A model generated the notes under the pieces. That model saw only the letters and a list, made by a program, of their open reading frames with translations, was not told the origin of the DNA and ran no database searches. A stretch of 64,000 bases of DNA, taken from the NCBI GenBank assembly GCA_964355135.1, contig CAYHCG010000003.1:72783-136782 (forward strand), written 5' to 3'. Source of the stretch: Candidatus Woesearchaeota archaeon (GTDB taxonomy: Archaea; Nanobdellota; Nanobdellia; Pacearchaeales; GW2011-AR1). Position numbers and translations under genes: made by a program. Of this stretch, positions 36,131-44,760 are shown in pieces (within the stretch, counting starts at the first letter, position 1; each line of letters begins with the position of its first letter).

Positions 36131-39100
36131 TTAAGCAGTCATATCATGCAAATTATTAATATCTACAGAAAGATGTAAAGGCCCTTTTGGTCCAAATCCA
36201 GGCCCTCCACCCCCTCCAGGTTGTTCAAAACAATAAAGACCATTTTTATCATTACAATTATTTACACCAATATTAGACCAAGTAGATACAATCTTGTCCC
36301 TATTACCTACTTCGCCATTAACTCCGCTTGAAACAGAAGTCCAATTATTGCAATGATACAATCTAGCAACTCCTAAATAATTTGTTCCTGTCCATACTTG
36401 TCTAATTACCGAGATATTATCTCCAAATTCATTGACATTTATTGGATTATTAAGTGTTCCATCTGTCAAATCATCCCAGTTATCAGCAACAATTACACCA
36501 TCAAGTCTTCTGTATGTTTTTGTAGAATGGTAAATTGTAGAATTAGCCCAAACAGTCGGAGTACTCACCCATGCCCTCCATGCGCCTCCTAATCCCCTAT
36601 CAAATGCAGCTTGTTGGCATTTATTATCTGCTCCTTGCAATCCTCCTAAATCCCCATTCCAAGTCTGATTCGTAACAAACACCCGATAATAAGGTTCCAT
36701 CATACAAAGTTGATTGCATCCATCTCCATTTATGGTATTGCCATCTTCACACTGCTCATTTGGTTGACTTACTATTCCATCCCCACAATATGATGCTTGC
36801 CCATTAATTGCATTACATGTGCTATTGCAAACTGTGCATGAGGTTTGTCCATACATGCAACTTTCAGTTAGATTGTTTCCATCATCACACTGCTCTCCTT
36901 CTTCTAAAATATCGTCTCCACACTTAGGCAAATTCAATGTATCACTTTGCATCATTGCACCATTTGTCGTTGTAATAAAATTATAGCTATTGCCCTCCAT
37001 TCCAGCAGTATTCCAATTTGCACTAGCAACCCCATTATCAAACACGGCACTTAAAGGTGTATCTAAAACTTCTCCTCCGTAAATATCAAAAATATCAAAA
37101 ACCGCATTTCCATTACAATCTGGACATTCTACTTCTAAATTAATGTTTGTTGAAGCAGAATTGCTATTTCTCCAGTTAGCTGCCACACAAGCAATCTTAC
37201 TTCCCCCGTTTAGACTTCGGCATATTTTTCCTACAGCGCATTCACTATATATCTTATCAAGGCAATTATCTCCATCGTTTGCCTCCCCGCAGTCCCATGA
37301 AAAGAAATTACCCATACAACCAGCACTTCTTCCTCCTCCATGACTATTGCTACATTCGTCTTCGCAAGCTGTGGGGGCACGTTCACATTTTCCATTTGTA
37401 CAAACTTTCCCAGATGGACAAACTAATTGCATAGAATCGTATAACCCATTATTAACAAAAAGTTCTTTAATAATAATGTTGCTTACACAACTATCAACAA
37501 AATAGTTTCTTTGACTGCTTGGTCCAAGTTCAACAACACCCTTCTTAAGTAAAGAAGAATCGCTAATTGTTGGAGGATTAATAGTATGGTCAGAATCTTG
37601 CATATCACCATTACATACTGCCCTATATAAGCAACTTGAAGGCCGATTACTATTTGTAAAGAAAGTTGTGCATGTTGCAGAAGTTTCCTGCCAGTCATTT
37701 TCTAAACCAGTATTCATGCAATTGGATTGAACTTTATCACATGCCATCTTCTGATTGTTGCAAGCAATCTGTCCGCTTGAATATATGATAGCTGGCGGAA
37801 TTCCGCTAGGTTCAGTTATAGAAGCACAATGTGTATCGCAATCAACAGATACTTCTACTTTTGCACTAGTTTCACTAATGCTTATTGTTTTAATAATTAC
37901 TTCGTTGTCATAATCATGAAAAACTAACCCAACTTTAAGTGCCGAATCTAATGTAGATGAATATGGAGTAGTATCGATTAACATACTATCAGATGTTATG
38001 TGATTTTCATCATTATAACGGGTCTCATCTGTTCGAATAAAGACCCCATCAAAATAATCCTCCTCTTCATTACTTTCTATAGTATCATAATCTAATGATC
38101 TGCGATATTCAACATAATAATTGACGTCTCCCGCAGGTATTTTTAAGGTTTTATAACCGCTACCCGTTAATTCCAAAGCTTTTATAGTATAAGTTCCATA
38201 TATAGCTTCTTTAACATTATTTGGCTCTAACCATTTTATTTCTTCTTTGTGGAGTCCACTATAATGATGGAAATGTCTTAAATATTGATTAACATCTCCA
38301 ACTCTTCCACCCATGACATCCCAATGATCTCCATATTCGTCATAAACTTCAAATGTATTCATTCCCGCATGAGATAATCCTAAATTGTGCCCAAATTCAT
38401 GGACTACAACACTAAAAGTATAATCGTCCATTCCATTAATCAGCGTGCTGGAATAACTATGCATCCCATCAGGCGTGTTTTGATAATATTTTCCTACACT
38501 CCCTGCTCCTCCCGGACCATTACAAATACTCGAAGGCAAGAAGACAATAATTCTATCATAATTTAAAAAGTTAACATCATCGTCTGCAATACTATACAAA
38601 TGACTATTAAAATAATAATCACAGACATCATCACTCACATAATATCCAAATACATCGCCACTTAACCAGGCTTTTCCATAAGAGACTTTTCTTACCCAGG
38701 CAGCAGCGGAATCGCTTAATCCATCTCCATCCGCGTCATAATTTTCATTAAAAAATAAATTTCTTACGTCCGTTACACTCACTTGGTTGCCATCATCATC
38801 ATCATGATTGTTTCCGTTATCCATAAGTAAAACTGCGACTCTCTGTTCCCCCAAACTATGATCAACATCGTCTGAGTCTGCAACACTTCCAAGTATTTCT
38901 AAAGAATCAACATCGATTACTTGTTCTCCCGTTGCAGTATTTCCTAATGTTCCACTGATCTGGATATCCATTCCTGAAATCTCAATGTCCTGTCCTTGCC
39001 CAAGATTTAATCTATATATTTCTTCATAACTTTGATTTGTTTCATTATGAACGATTATATAATATCTGTACTCTGAAGTGCCCTGAATAAAATTATCAAA

Positions 39101-39232
39101 ATGAATTACCGCGCTGTTTCCCCGCAAAGTTATCTCTTCTCCGGAAACGAGATAAGAAGAAAAGAACACAAAGGCAAAAACAAATATAAAGAATTTTATA
39201 ATATTTCTCGTTCTTTGTATGTTTTTATTCAT
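36131..39232 (-). CDS. secreted M11-like metzincin fused to Cys-rich modules and a C-terminal DUF1554/C-type-lectin-like domain
   Basis: HEFGHNLGLSH. Myxococcus-type repeat CGDGIVSQPNEQCEDGNTINGDGC. RVFVT..WNGDLGG..GADNKC ... LYCFEQ block at 36221-36691. Confidence 0.85.
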   Translation of the reverse strand: MNKNIQRTRNIIKFFIFVFAFVFFSSYLVSGEEITLRGNSAVIHFDNFIQGTSEYRYYIIVHNETNQSYEEIYRLNLGQGQDIEISGMDIQISGTLGNTATGEQVIDVDSLEILGSVADSDDVDHSLGEQRVAVLLMDNGNNHDDDDGNQVSVTDVRNLFFNENYDADGDGLSDSAAAWVRKVSYGKAWLSGDVFGYYVSDDVCDYYFNSHLYSIADDDVNFLNYDRIIVFLPSSICNGPGGAGSVGKYYQNTPDGMHSYSSTLINGMDDYTFSVVVHEFGHNLGLSHAGMNTFEVYDEYGDHWDVMGGRVGDVNQYLRHFHHYSGLHKEEIKWLEPNNVKEAIYGTYTIKALELTGSGYKTLKIPAGDVNYYVEYRRSLDYDTIESNEEEDYFDGVFIRTDETRYNDENHITSDSMLIDTTPYSSTLDSALKVGLVFHDYDNEVIIKTISISETSAKVEVSVDCDTHCASITEPSGIPPAIIYSSGQIACNNQKMACDKVQSNCMNTGLENDWQETSATCTTFFTNSNRPSSCLYRAVCNGDMQDSDHTINPPTISDSSLLKKGVVELGPSSQRNYFVDSCVSNIIIKELFVNNGLYDSMQLVCPSGKVCTNGKCERAPTACEDECSNSHGGGRSAGCMGNFFSWDCGEANDGDNCLDKIYSECAVGKICRSLNGGSKIACVAANWRNSNSASTNINLEVECPDCNGNAVFDIFDIYGGEVLDTPLSAVFDNGVASANWNTAGMEGNSYNFITTTNGAMMQSDTLNLPKCGDDILEEGEQCDDGNNLTESCMYGQTSCTVCNSTCNAINGQASYCGDGIVSQPNEQCEDGNTINGDGCNQLCMMEPYYRVFVTNQTWNGDLGGLQGADNKCQQAAFDRGLGGAWRAWVSTPTVWANSTIYHSTKTYRRLDGVIVADNWDDLTDGTLNNPINVNEFGDNISVIRQVWTGTNYLGVARLYHCNNWTSVSSGVNGEVGNRDKIVSTWSNIGVNNCNDKNGLYCFEQPGGGGGPGFGPKGPLHLSVDINNLHDMTA

Positions 39233-39285
39233 GTTTACTTTTTTAAGGAAAATAAATTCCCAAAGTCTTTTTCTTATTTATTTGA

Positions 39286-39639
39286 CTAATCTACACATTC
39301 TTCACTAACAGTTCCGTTATCTATACGATCATGACAACCATAAGGTATTCTGAATTCAGAACACTCACCACTAAGGCTACCTTCCTCAATAGGAGAACAA
39401 TAGCCTACACAATCTTCTCTAGAGTCATCACATGGTATTCCATAGTCGCTTGTTCTAAGATTACAGCCATATTCAGAACTTCTACCCCATTGAGCCCACT
39501 CGCCGTTATAAAAGTTACATACTGCTTCACTCCCTATATTGCCACCATCTCCAGAATAGTTTCTAAAATTACCACAACCAACGACACTAGAAGCTAACAA
39601 ACTCGTCAAGACAGCACCTCTCCTTAAGGAGTTTCTCAT
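39286..39639 (-). CDS. small Cys-rich lipoprotein
   Basis: Lipobox-like LLASSVVGC; eight further Cys in the ~96-aa mature part. Confidence 0.6.
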   Translation of the reverse strand: MRNSLRRGAVLTSLLASSVVGCGNFRNYSGDGGNIGSEAVCNFYNGEWAQWGRSSEYGCNLRTSDYGIPCDDSREDCVGYCSPIEEGSLSGECSEFRIPYGCHDRIDNGTVSEECVD

Positions 39640-39678
39640 AAAAAAAGGATGCCTAATTGTATTTATATACTTTTCGAT

Positions 39679-41670
39679 CTACTGAATCATCTGCTGATTC
39701 TTAATAACATCAGCAGCATCTTTATTATGCGCTAAATATCCTTCTGCATAATAAGTACTTGATCCACTAACATCTAAGTTATACACTTCAACACTTCCCT
39801 TTACTTCTTTAATAGACAATATGACTTGCTGTCCAGTTTCAGTCTTCAAGCTATCTCCTACTTTAGCGGTCCCAATCTCCGCCCATTTACCATTAACCAT
39901 CATCGGATGATTTGGAGTGACCTTTAATTTTCCATTTATCAATAAATAAGAGTCTGCCACACGACTATATAATTCTGTTACCTTGTTGCTTTCCATACTA
40001 TTACTCGCTTCGTTATAACTTACGACAACATCTCCTTCTTTAATATCTTTGATCATCACTTTTCCATTCGTTGTAGTAATCATCGTATCAGGTAAGAAGC
40101 ACGTTCCGCTAACTGGAGGATTCTTTACACAAGCACCCCACTGACAAGTTGAACTACATATTTTAGTTCCAGCTGCTCCCCCGCCAGCATTACAATTTGT
40201 TTTCTTTCCAATTGGTTCACAACCCTCTCCAACTTCTAAAATTCCATTTCCACATACAGGAGGAGGTTGCTGGAAGCAATATAGATGATTTGGAGTCGTA
40301 CAAGCAGCAATACCACCATGATTAGTCCAATTAAAATTAACTCCAGCAACTAAACCGTTAGAACCATAAACCGATGATAAGCTTGAAAGCCAATTTCCAC
40401 AATCACTACTAAAACCACCACCAAAATTAAAATGATTTCCACTTGCATCTGTCCCTGTCCAAGCTAGATTATTATTATCTAAGAGCCCTCCATATTGAGT
40501 CATATTTATTGAATTATCTAAAGATCCATCAATCAAATCATTCCAATTATCAGCGACTATTTTATTGCCACCATTAGCACTAGTACCTACAGTTCTATAT
40601 GGAACTGTAGAATGATATAATCTGGAATTTGGAGAATTACCTAAATTATCACTTATCCAAGCTCTCCAAGTTCCTCCTAAACCAGCTGCATTCGCACCCA
40701 TTTGACATTTCGCATCAGCACCTGCAACTCCTCCAAGATTCCCATTATATACTTCACTTGTTACAAAAACTAAATATCTAGGTTCATTTGCACAACTTGA
40801 ATCGCATCCGTCTCCTGAAACCAAGTTGTTATCATCACATTGTTCTGTACCCTCAGTCACACCATTTCCACAAATCTGAGTAAGAGGACAATCCTGAATA
40901 CAAGTTTGAGAGTTTTCTCCACCTCCTTGATTTGAACAAATTCCATCACCACAACTTACAGCTTGACAATTATTACTACATACGTCTAAATCTTCTTCAT
41001 TCCCATCATCACATACTTCTCCAGGACTAACACAACTATCTCCGCAAATATTATTCTGAACAATTACTGAAGTTGGAACTATATCAGAAGTCACTGCATC
41101 TCCCATGGTATAAACTCCGCTAAATGAATTAGAACCAATTAACGCAGAAGCTGTTGGTTTAACACTATAAGAATATTGGGCAGAAGGTATTGTTGTCGGT
41201 GGAACTGCCTGGCTATATTTAACAATTTTCATTTTTCCAGGCGTTTGAGTATTAACATCCGCTCCAGTACTAACGACACTCCAACCCGCAGGTAAACTAT
41301 CCTCAACGACATAAAACATATATTGATTACCAGTATTAACACTAAAATCAACATTAATAGGACAATCAACCCCAACAGAACTTGCACTTAAAGTCCTTGT
41401 AACCATATCGATAGGAGATAAATCAGGTGAAGAAACACAACTACCTAATTTAAAAATTCTATTCAAAATACTTTCACTTCCAACAAACATACAACCGTTC
41501 ATCTTCTCGCATTCTTTCTGCGAACACCATGCTCCATCGCTACATTGCTGACTACAAAAATCTTCTTGAGCACTAGCATTAGAAGAAATAGTAATTAAAA
41601 TTGCAAAAAATAAAGTTACAAAAATGTAAAACTTACCCCTTCCCTCTTTTTTCATTGTTCTATTTATCAT
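39679..41670 (-). CDS. secreted Cys-rich DUF11-like + DUF1554-like protein ending in a Hint autoprocessing domain
   Basis: Signal peptide, EDSLPAGWSVVS sandwich, and DUF1554-like block at 40270-40779. C-terminal CFLPDT ... TPNHP ... VYNL ... AHN. The start may be the internal MKKEG. Confidence 0.85.
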   Translation of the reverse strand: MINRTMKKEGRGKFYIFVTLFFAILITISSNASAQEDFCSQQCSDGAWCSQKECEKMNGCMFVGSESILNRIFKLGSCVSSPDLSPIDMVTRTLSASSVGVDCPINVDFSVNTGNQYMFYVVEDSLPAGWSVVSTGADVNTQTPGKMKIVKYSQAVPPTTIPSAQYSYSVKPTASALIGSNSFSGVYTMGDAVTSDIVPTSVIVQNNICGDSCVSPGEVCDDGNEEDLDVCSNNCQAVSCGDGICSNQGGGENSQTCIQDCPLTQICGNGVTEGTEQCDDNNLVSGDGCDSSCANEPRYLVFVTSEVYNGNLGGVAGADAKCQMGANAAGLGGTWRAWISDNLGNSPNSRLYHSTVPYRTVGTSANGGNKIVADNWNDLIDGSLDNSINMTQYGGLLDNNNLAWTGTDASGNHFNFGGGFSSDCGNWLSSLSSVYGSNGLVAGVNFNWTNHGGIAACTTPNHLYCFQQPPPVCGNGILEVGEGCEPIGKKTNCNAGGGAAGTKICSSTCQWGACVKNPPVSGTCFLPDTMITTTNGKVMIKDIKEGDVVVSYNEASNSMESNKVTELYSRVADSYLLINGKLKVTPNHPMMVNGKWAEIGTAKVGDSLKTETGQQVILSIKEVKGSVEVYNLDVSGSSTYYAEGYLAHNKDAADVIKNQQMIQ
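39724..40101 (-). other. Hint (intein/BIL/hedgehog-type) domain, 126 aa
   Basis: Block A: C524-F-L-P-D-T. Block B: T-P-N-H-P. Blocks F/G: VEVYNLDV...YYAEGYLAHN. Followed by K and only 13 more residues. Confidence 0.8.
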
Positions 41671-41689
41671 TATAGGTATTTAAATATTT

Positions 41690-43330
41690 TCATGGACACG
41701 TTGGATTCTGCAAATCAATCAAGTAGGTTTTAATTGATCCAGAAATTTGAGTAATTTCAGTATAATCTATATAATATTTTCCAATATAATTTTCTAATTC
41801 AGCTTGACTAACGCAACCATTGCAAATATTTCCAGATAATAATCCGTCTGCCCCATTATTGCAATTAGTCGCCCCAATAATAACTTCTACGCCGCTAGAA
41901 TTAAAATTCCTAACTGTGAATATCTCTTGACCTATAAAATCTACAAATGGTTTATCGGGTCTTACGACTACGTCAAATTCGTCATTCAAAGGAGTATTGT
42001 CTAATAACTGTGTATCTGATTTAAACCCTCCAGATCCGTACAGTTCATTAATATGCAAAAATACTCCTCCATAAACTTCTAGTCCGTATAACTCGGGTAA
42101 ATAAAAATCATAACCTGTTGGTCTTCTATATTCTAAGTAATAGGAATATGGCCCGTCGTATGCGATTTTAATTGCCTTTGTTCCTCCAGAAATTTCTAAA
42201 GGAGTTATAAAATAAATTCCCCCTGTTGGATTGTTAATAATTTGGTTTGGATTTAACCAGCCAAGTTTTTCTTTATGAATTGCACTAAAATGACCTTTAG
42301 GCGTTGAATTACCCATAACATCAAATTGGTCTCCATAATTAATTGTATCACAACCATTAAAAGGTAAATATATATGGTCCCCCAAACAATCAAGATAATC
42401 CGCATGGTCTAACTTATAATTATGCCCAAGTTCATGAGCTATTGTAAAATCCCATCCATTTGGACCATCAAGATTCACAGTCCCAAATTTTGTAATTCCA
42501 TCAGCAGTAGAACGAGAAAATTCTCCCAAGTCGCTAATCGCCGCCCATGCTGGACAAATATCCCTTCCCCATGCAATAATTAGATTATCTACTTCTAGCC
42601 AATTGATATTATTGTTTATTGTAGGATCATTAATAATAAAATCTCGTAATGGATTTATTGAAGAACCAATACTACAAACAATATCTGAATTAAAAGGAAA
42701 GGTAATATATTCTGGGTAAATACTGTAATTTAACGACATCTGGTTATATGAATTCTCCTTATAATAGCTATTTATATCATTCATCAAAATTTCAGCATCT
42801 TCTTCACTTAAAAAATCAGTTTGATCATCTAAAAATTTCACCCTAAAGAATGTAACATTTTTCACCCCTACAACTGGAACAGGAACAACAAACTGTTGAC
42901 TATTTCCAATTAAACTAAAATCCTTAACATCTACCTCATTTTCTCCATTAACAGAATTTTCTTTTAATATTCCACTAACACTTATTTGCATTCCAGAAAC
43001 TAAATTCATATTTTCAGGCACCGAATTTAATCTATAACTGCCCTCTTGTGTTCTTATTGAATAAAGATATTCAACGAAACCTTTTTGAATATCCTCCCTA
43101 ATAACTACCTCAAGTTCTCCCTCAAAATTCTCAATATTTTCCAAGTTTTCACCTTCAACATTTTCATTTCTTCCATCTAATTTCTCAATAATATCTTCTC
43201 CATAAATAATCCTTTCATTTCTATAAAATCCTAAAATAATATTAAAAAACATTAAACTAATTAAAATTAAAACAATCACCCTTCTTTTCATCCAATAATC
43301 AATCTTCATCCATTTAAAATTCTTTCTCAA
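41690..43330 (-). CDS. secreted M11-like metalloprotease with EF-hand/dockerin-like tail
   Basis: HELGHNYKLDH, YYLEYRRPTGYD, and the tail VSQAELENYIGKYY. The likely true start is MKRRVIV at 43291, which fits TATA-N20-ATG. Confidence 0.8.
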   Translation of the reverse strand: MRKNFKWMKIDYWMKRRVIVLILISLMFFNIILGFYRNERIIYGEDIIEKLDGRNENVEGENLENIENFEGELEVVIREDIQKGFVEYLYSIRTQEGSYRLNSVPENMNLVSGMQISVSGILKENSVNGENEVDVKDFSLIGNSQQFVVPVPVVGVKNVTFFRVKFLDDQTDFLSEEDAEILMNDINSYYKENSYNQMSLNYSIYPEYITFPFNSDIVCSIGSSINPLRDFIINDPTINNNINWLEVDNLIIAWGRDICPAWAAISDLGEFSRSTADGITKFGTVNLDGPNGWDFTIAHELGHNYKLDHADYLDCLGDHIYLPFNGCDTINYGDQFDVMGNSTPKGHFSAIHKEKLGWLNPNQIINNPTGGIYFITPLEISGGTKAIKIAYDGPYSYYLEYRRPTGYDFYLPELYGLEVYGGVFLHINELYGSGGFKSDTQLLDNTPLNDEFDVVVRPDKPFVDFIGQEIFTVRNFNSSGVEVIIGATNCNNGADGLLSGNICNGCVSQAELENYIGKYYIDYTEITQISGSIKTYLIDLQNPTCP

Positions 43331-43334
43331 TCAC
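43284..43334 (-). promoter_or_regulatory. 51-nt segment identical to 51052-51102: BRE/TATA + leaderless start of the protease gene
   Basis: Exact 51/51 identity, checked base by base. Contains GAGAAAGAATTTTAAAT-N20-ATG on the minus strand. Confidence 0.6.
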
Positions 43335-43400
43335 GTATTTATGTGTTATCCGATTATTATTTTCTTGCTAAGCTTCATAAATCTAAGCAGATACTTTAGA

Positions 43401-44687
43401 TCACTGCAAAAGCCATTTCCATAAAGGCACAAACTTAATTCCATTTTCCGTCTTCTCAATATTTTTTGTCAAAATTATCATTTCTTTTGTTTTTATATAA
43501 AAGGACTTAAATTTTATTAAAGCATTAATTTCTCTTTCATCGATATCATCACTATAAGTAACATTTAAAGCAGTTAAAGAGCTGTCAGAATTTTTTATAA
43601 CAAAATCTACTTCCTCCTGTTTTTCACTTTTCCAATAATAAACATCTTTTTCTTCCCTTCTCAACTTTAAAAAAACCAGATTTTCAGCTAATTTTCCTTC
43701 ATCTTTTGAGAACTTGAAAGAGACAGAATTTCTAAGTCCATTGTCAATACAATAAATTTTTGATGCCGAAGTTTTCTGTTCTTTTAAAGAATATGAAAAG
43801 TGATCCAATGTAAAAAATAAGTATGCCTCTTTAAAATAAGAAATATAATTCTTTATTGAATCATAAGATATACCTAAAGAATTTCTTAGATTTCTTAATG
43901 ATGTTAAAGAAGTAAAATTGGTAATTAAATATAACGCAAGATCTCTAGTTTTCTGGCTGTTTAAATTGTTTCTATCTATTATATCTTTATATAAAATGTC
44001 ATCAAAATACTGTTTCAATAACTTAGATTTATATGTTTCTTCTTTAAAGAATATCTCTGGAAATCCTCCAATTTCAAGATAATTTTTAAAATTTTTAATT
44101 ATCTTTCTCTTCGTTTCTTCTAGTACAATCCCTTTAGAATGTTTTTCTTTATCAATTTCAATATCTCCAAATACAAGATACTCTTCAAAATTTAAAGGAA
44201 ACACTTCAAAAGTTAAGTTTCTCCCCGTAAGAAGAGTTGAATACTCCTTTCTAAGTAAATAAGAACATGAACCTGAAAGAATAAATTTTTCATCGCTTCT
44301 TTGGTCGTATTTTTTTCTTACCCATGATTCCCAATCTTCTTTTTTATGTATCTCATCAAGAAATACATATGCTTTTTTATCTGAATTTATATTTTCCCTA
44401 TAACTATCATAAATACTCTCTAGAGAGTCTTGACTTAGTTTTTTATCATCAAAATTAATAAATAATATTTGTTTTGGTTCTATTTCATCCTCTAAAAGTT
44501 TTTTAATCATTTGGTACATGAGCGTACTTTTCCCACTTCTCCTTACTCCTAAAATTATGGTTATTTCCCTAATGTTTATAGAATTGATTAAAGAATCATA
44601 AGCCGGCCTATGTTTTCCCGTTAATTTGTCAACTAATTCTTTCTTTATCCACCAAGGGTTCCATTCATTAAGTTTTTCTATTTCCAT
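43401..44687 (-). CDS. AAA+ ATPase of the AAA_14 + DUF4143 (COG1373) type
   Basis: NPWW N-terminus, Walker A GVRRSGKST, Walker B VFLDEI. C-terminal E-VDFVI nuclease-like motif. Confidence 0.88.
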   Translation of the reverse strand: MEIEKLNEWNPWWIKKELVDKLTGKHRPAYDSLINSINIREITIILGVRRSGKSTLMYQMIKKLLEDEIEPKQILFINFDDKKLSQDSLESIYDSYRENINSDKKAYVFLDEIHKKEDWESWVRKKYDQRSDEKFILSGSCSYLLRKEYSTLLTGRNLTFEVFPLNFEEYLVFGDIEIDKEKHSKGIVLEETKRKIIKNFKNYLEIGGFPEIFFKEETYKSKLLKQYFDDILYKDIIDRNNLNSQKTRDLALYLITNFTSLTSLRNLRNSLGISYDSIKNYISYFKEAYLFFTLDHFSYSLKEQKTSASKIYCIDNGLRNSVSFKFSKDEGKLAENLVFLKLRREEKDVYYWKSEKQEEVDFVIKNSDSSLTALNVTYSDDIDEREINALIKFKSFYIKTKEMIILTKNIEKTENGIKFVPLWKWLLQ

Positions 44688-44750
44688 GTTACAATACAGT
44701 GTAACATATAGTATATAAATGTTACGTTTAAACGTAACAAAAAAGTAACC
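44688..44750 (-). promoter_or_regulatory. TATA box bracketed by GTTAC/GTAAC palindromes upstream of the ATPase gene
   Basis: GTTACAATACAGTGTAAC (44688-44705), ATATAGTATATAAAT, perfect 18-bp palindrome GTTACGTTTAAACGTAAC (44721-44738), and a further GTAAC at 44745. Confidence 0.5.
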
Positions 44751-44760
44751 ATAAACTTAA

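Noticed and set aside
39724-40101. Canonical splicing intein, or a polymorphic-toxin releasing domain.
   Set aside because: The domain is at the C-terminus of a secreted protein, the +1 residue is Lys, and only 13 residues follow. There is no extein to ligate and no toxin cargo. It is interpreted instead as a BIL/hedgehog-like autoprocessing domain.
36221-40779. Diversity-generating retroelement targeting the C-type-lectin-like (DUF1554-type) domains.
   Set aside because: There is no reverse transcriptase or Avd-like gene in the window. The two lectin-like copies differ at all base types rather than by adenine-specific substitutions, so there is no TR/VR pair.
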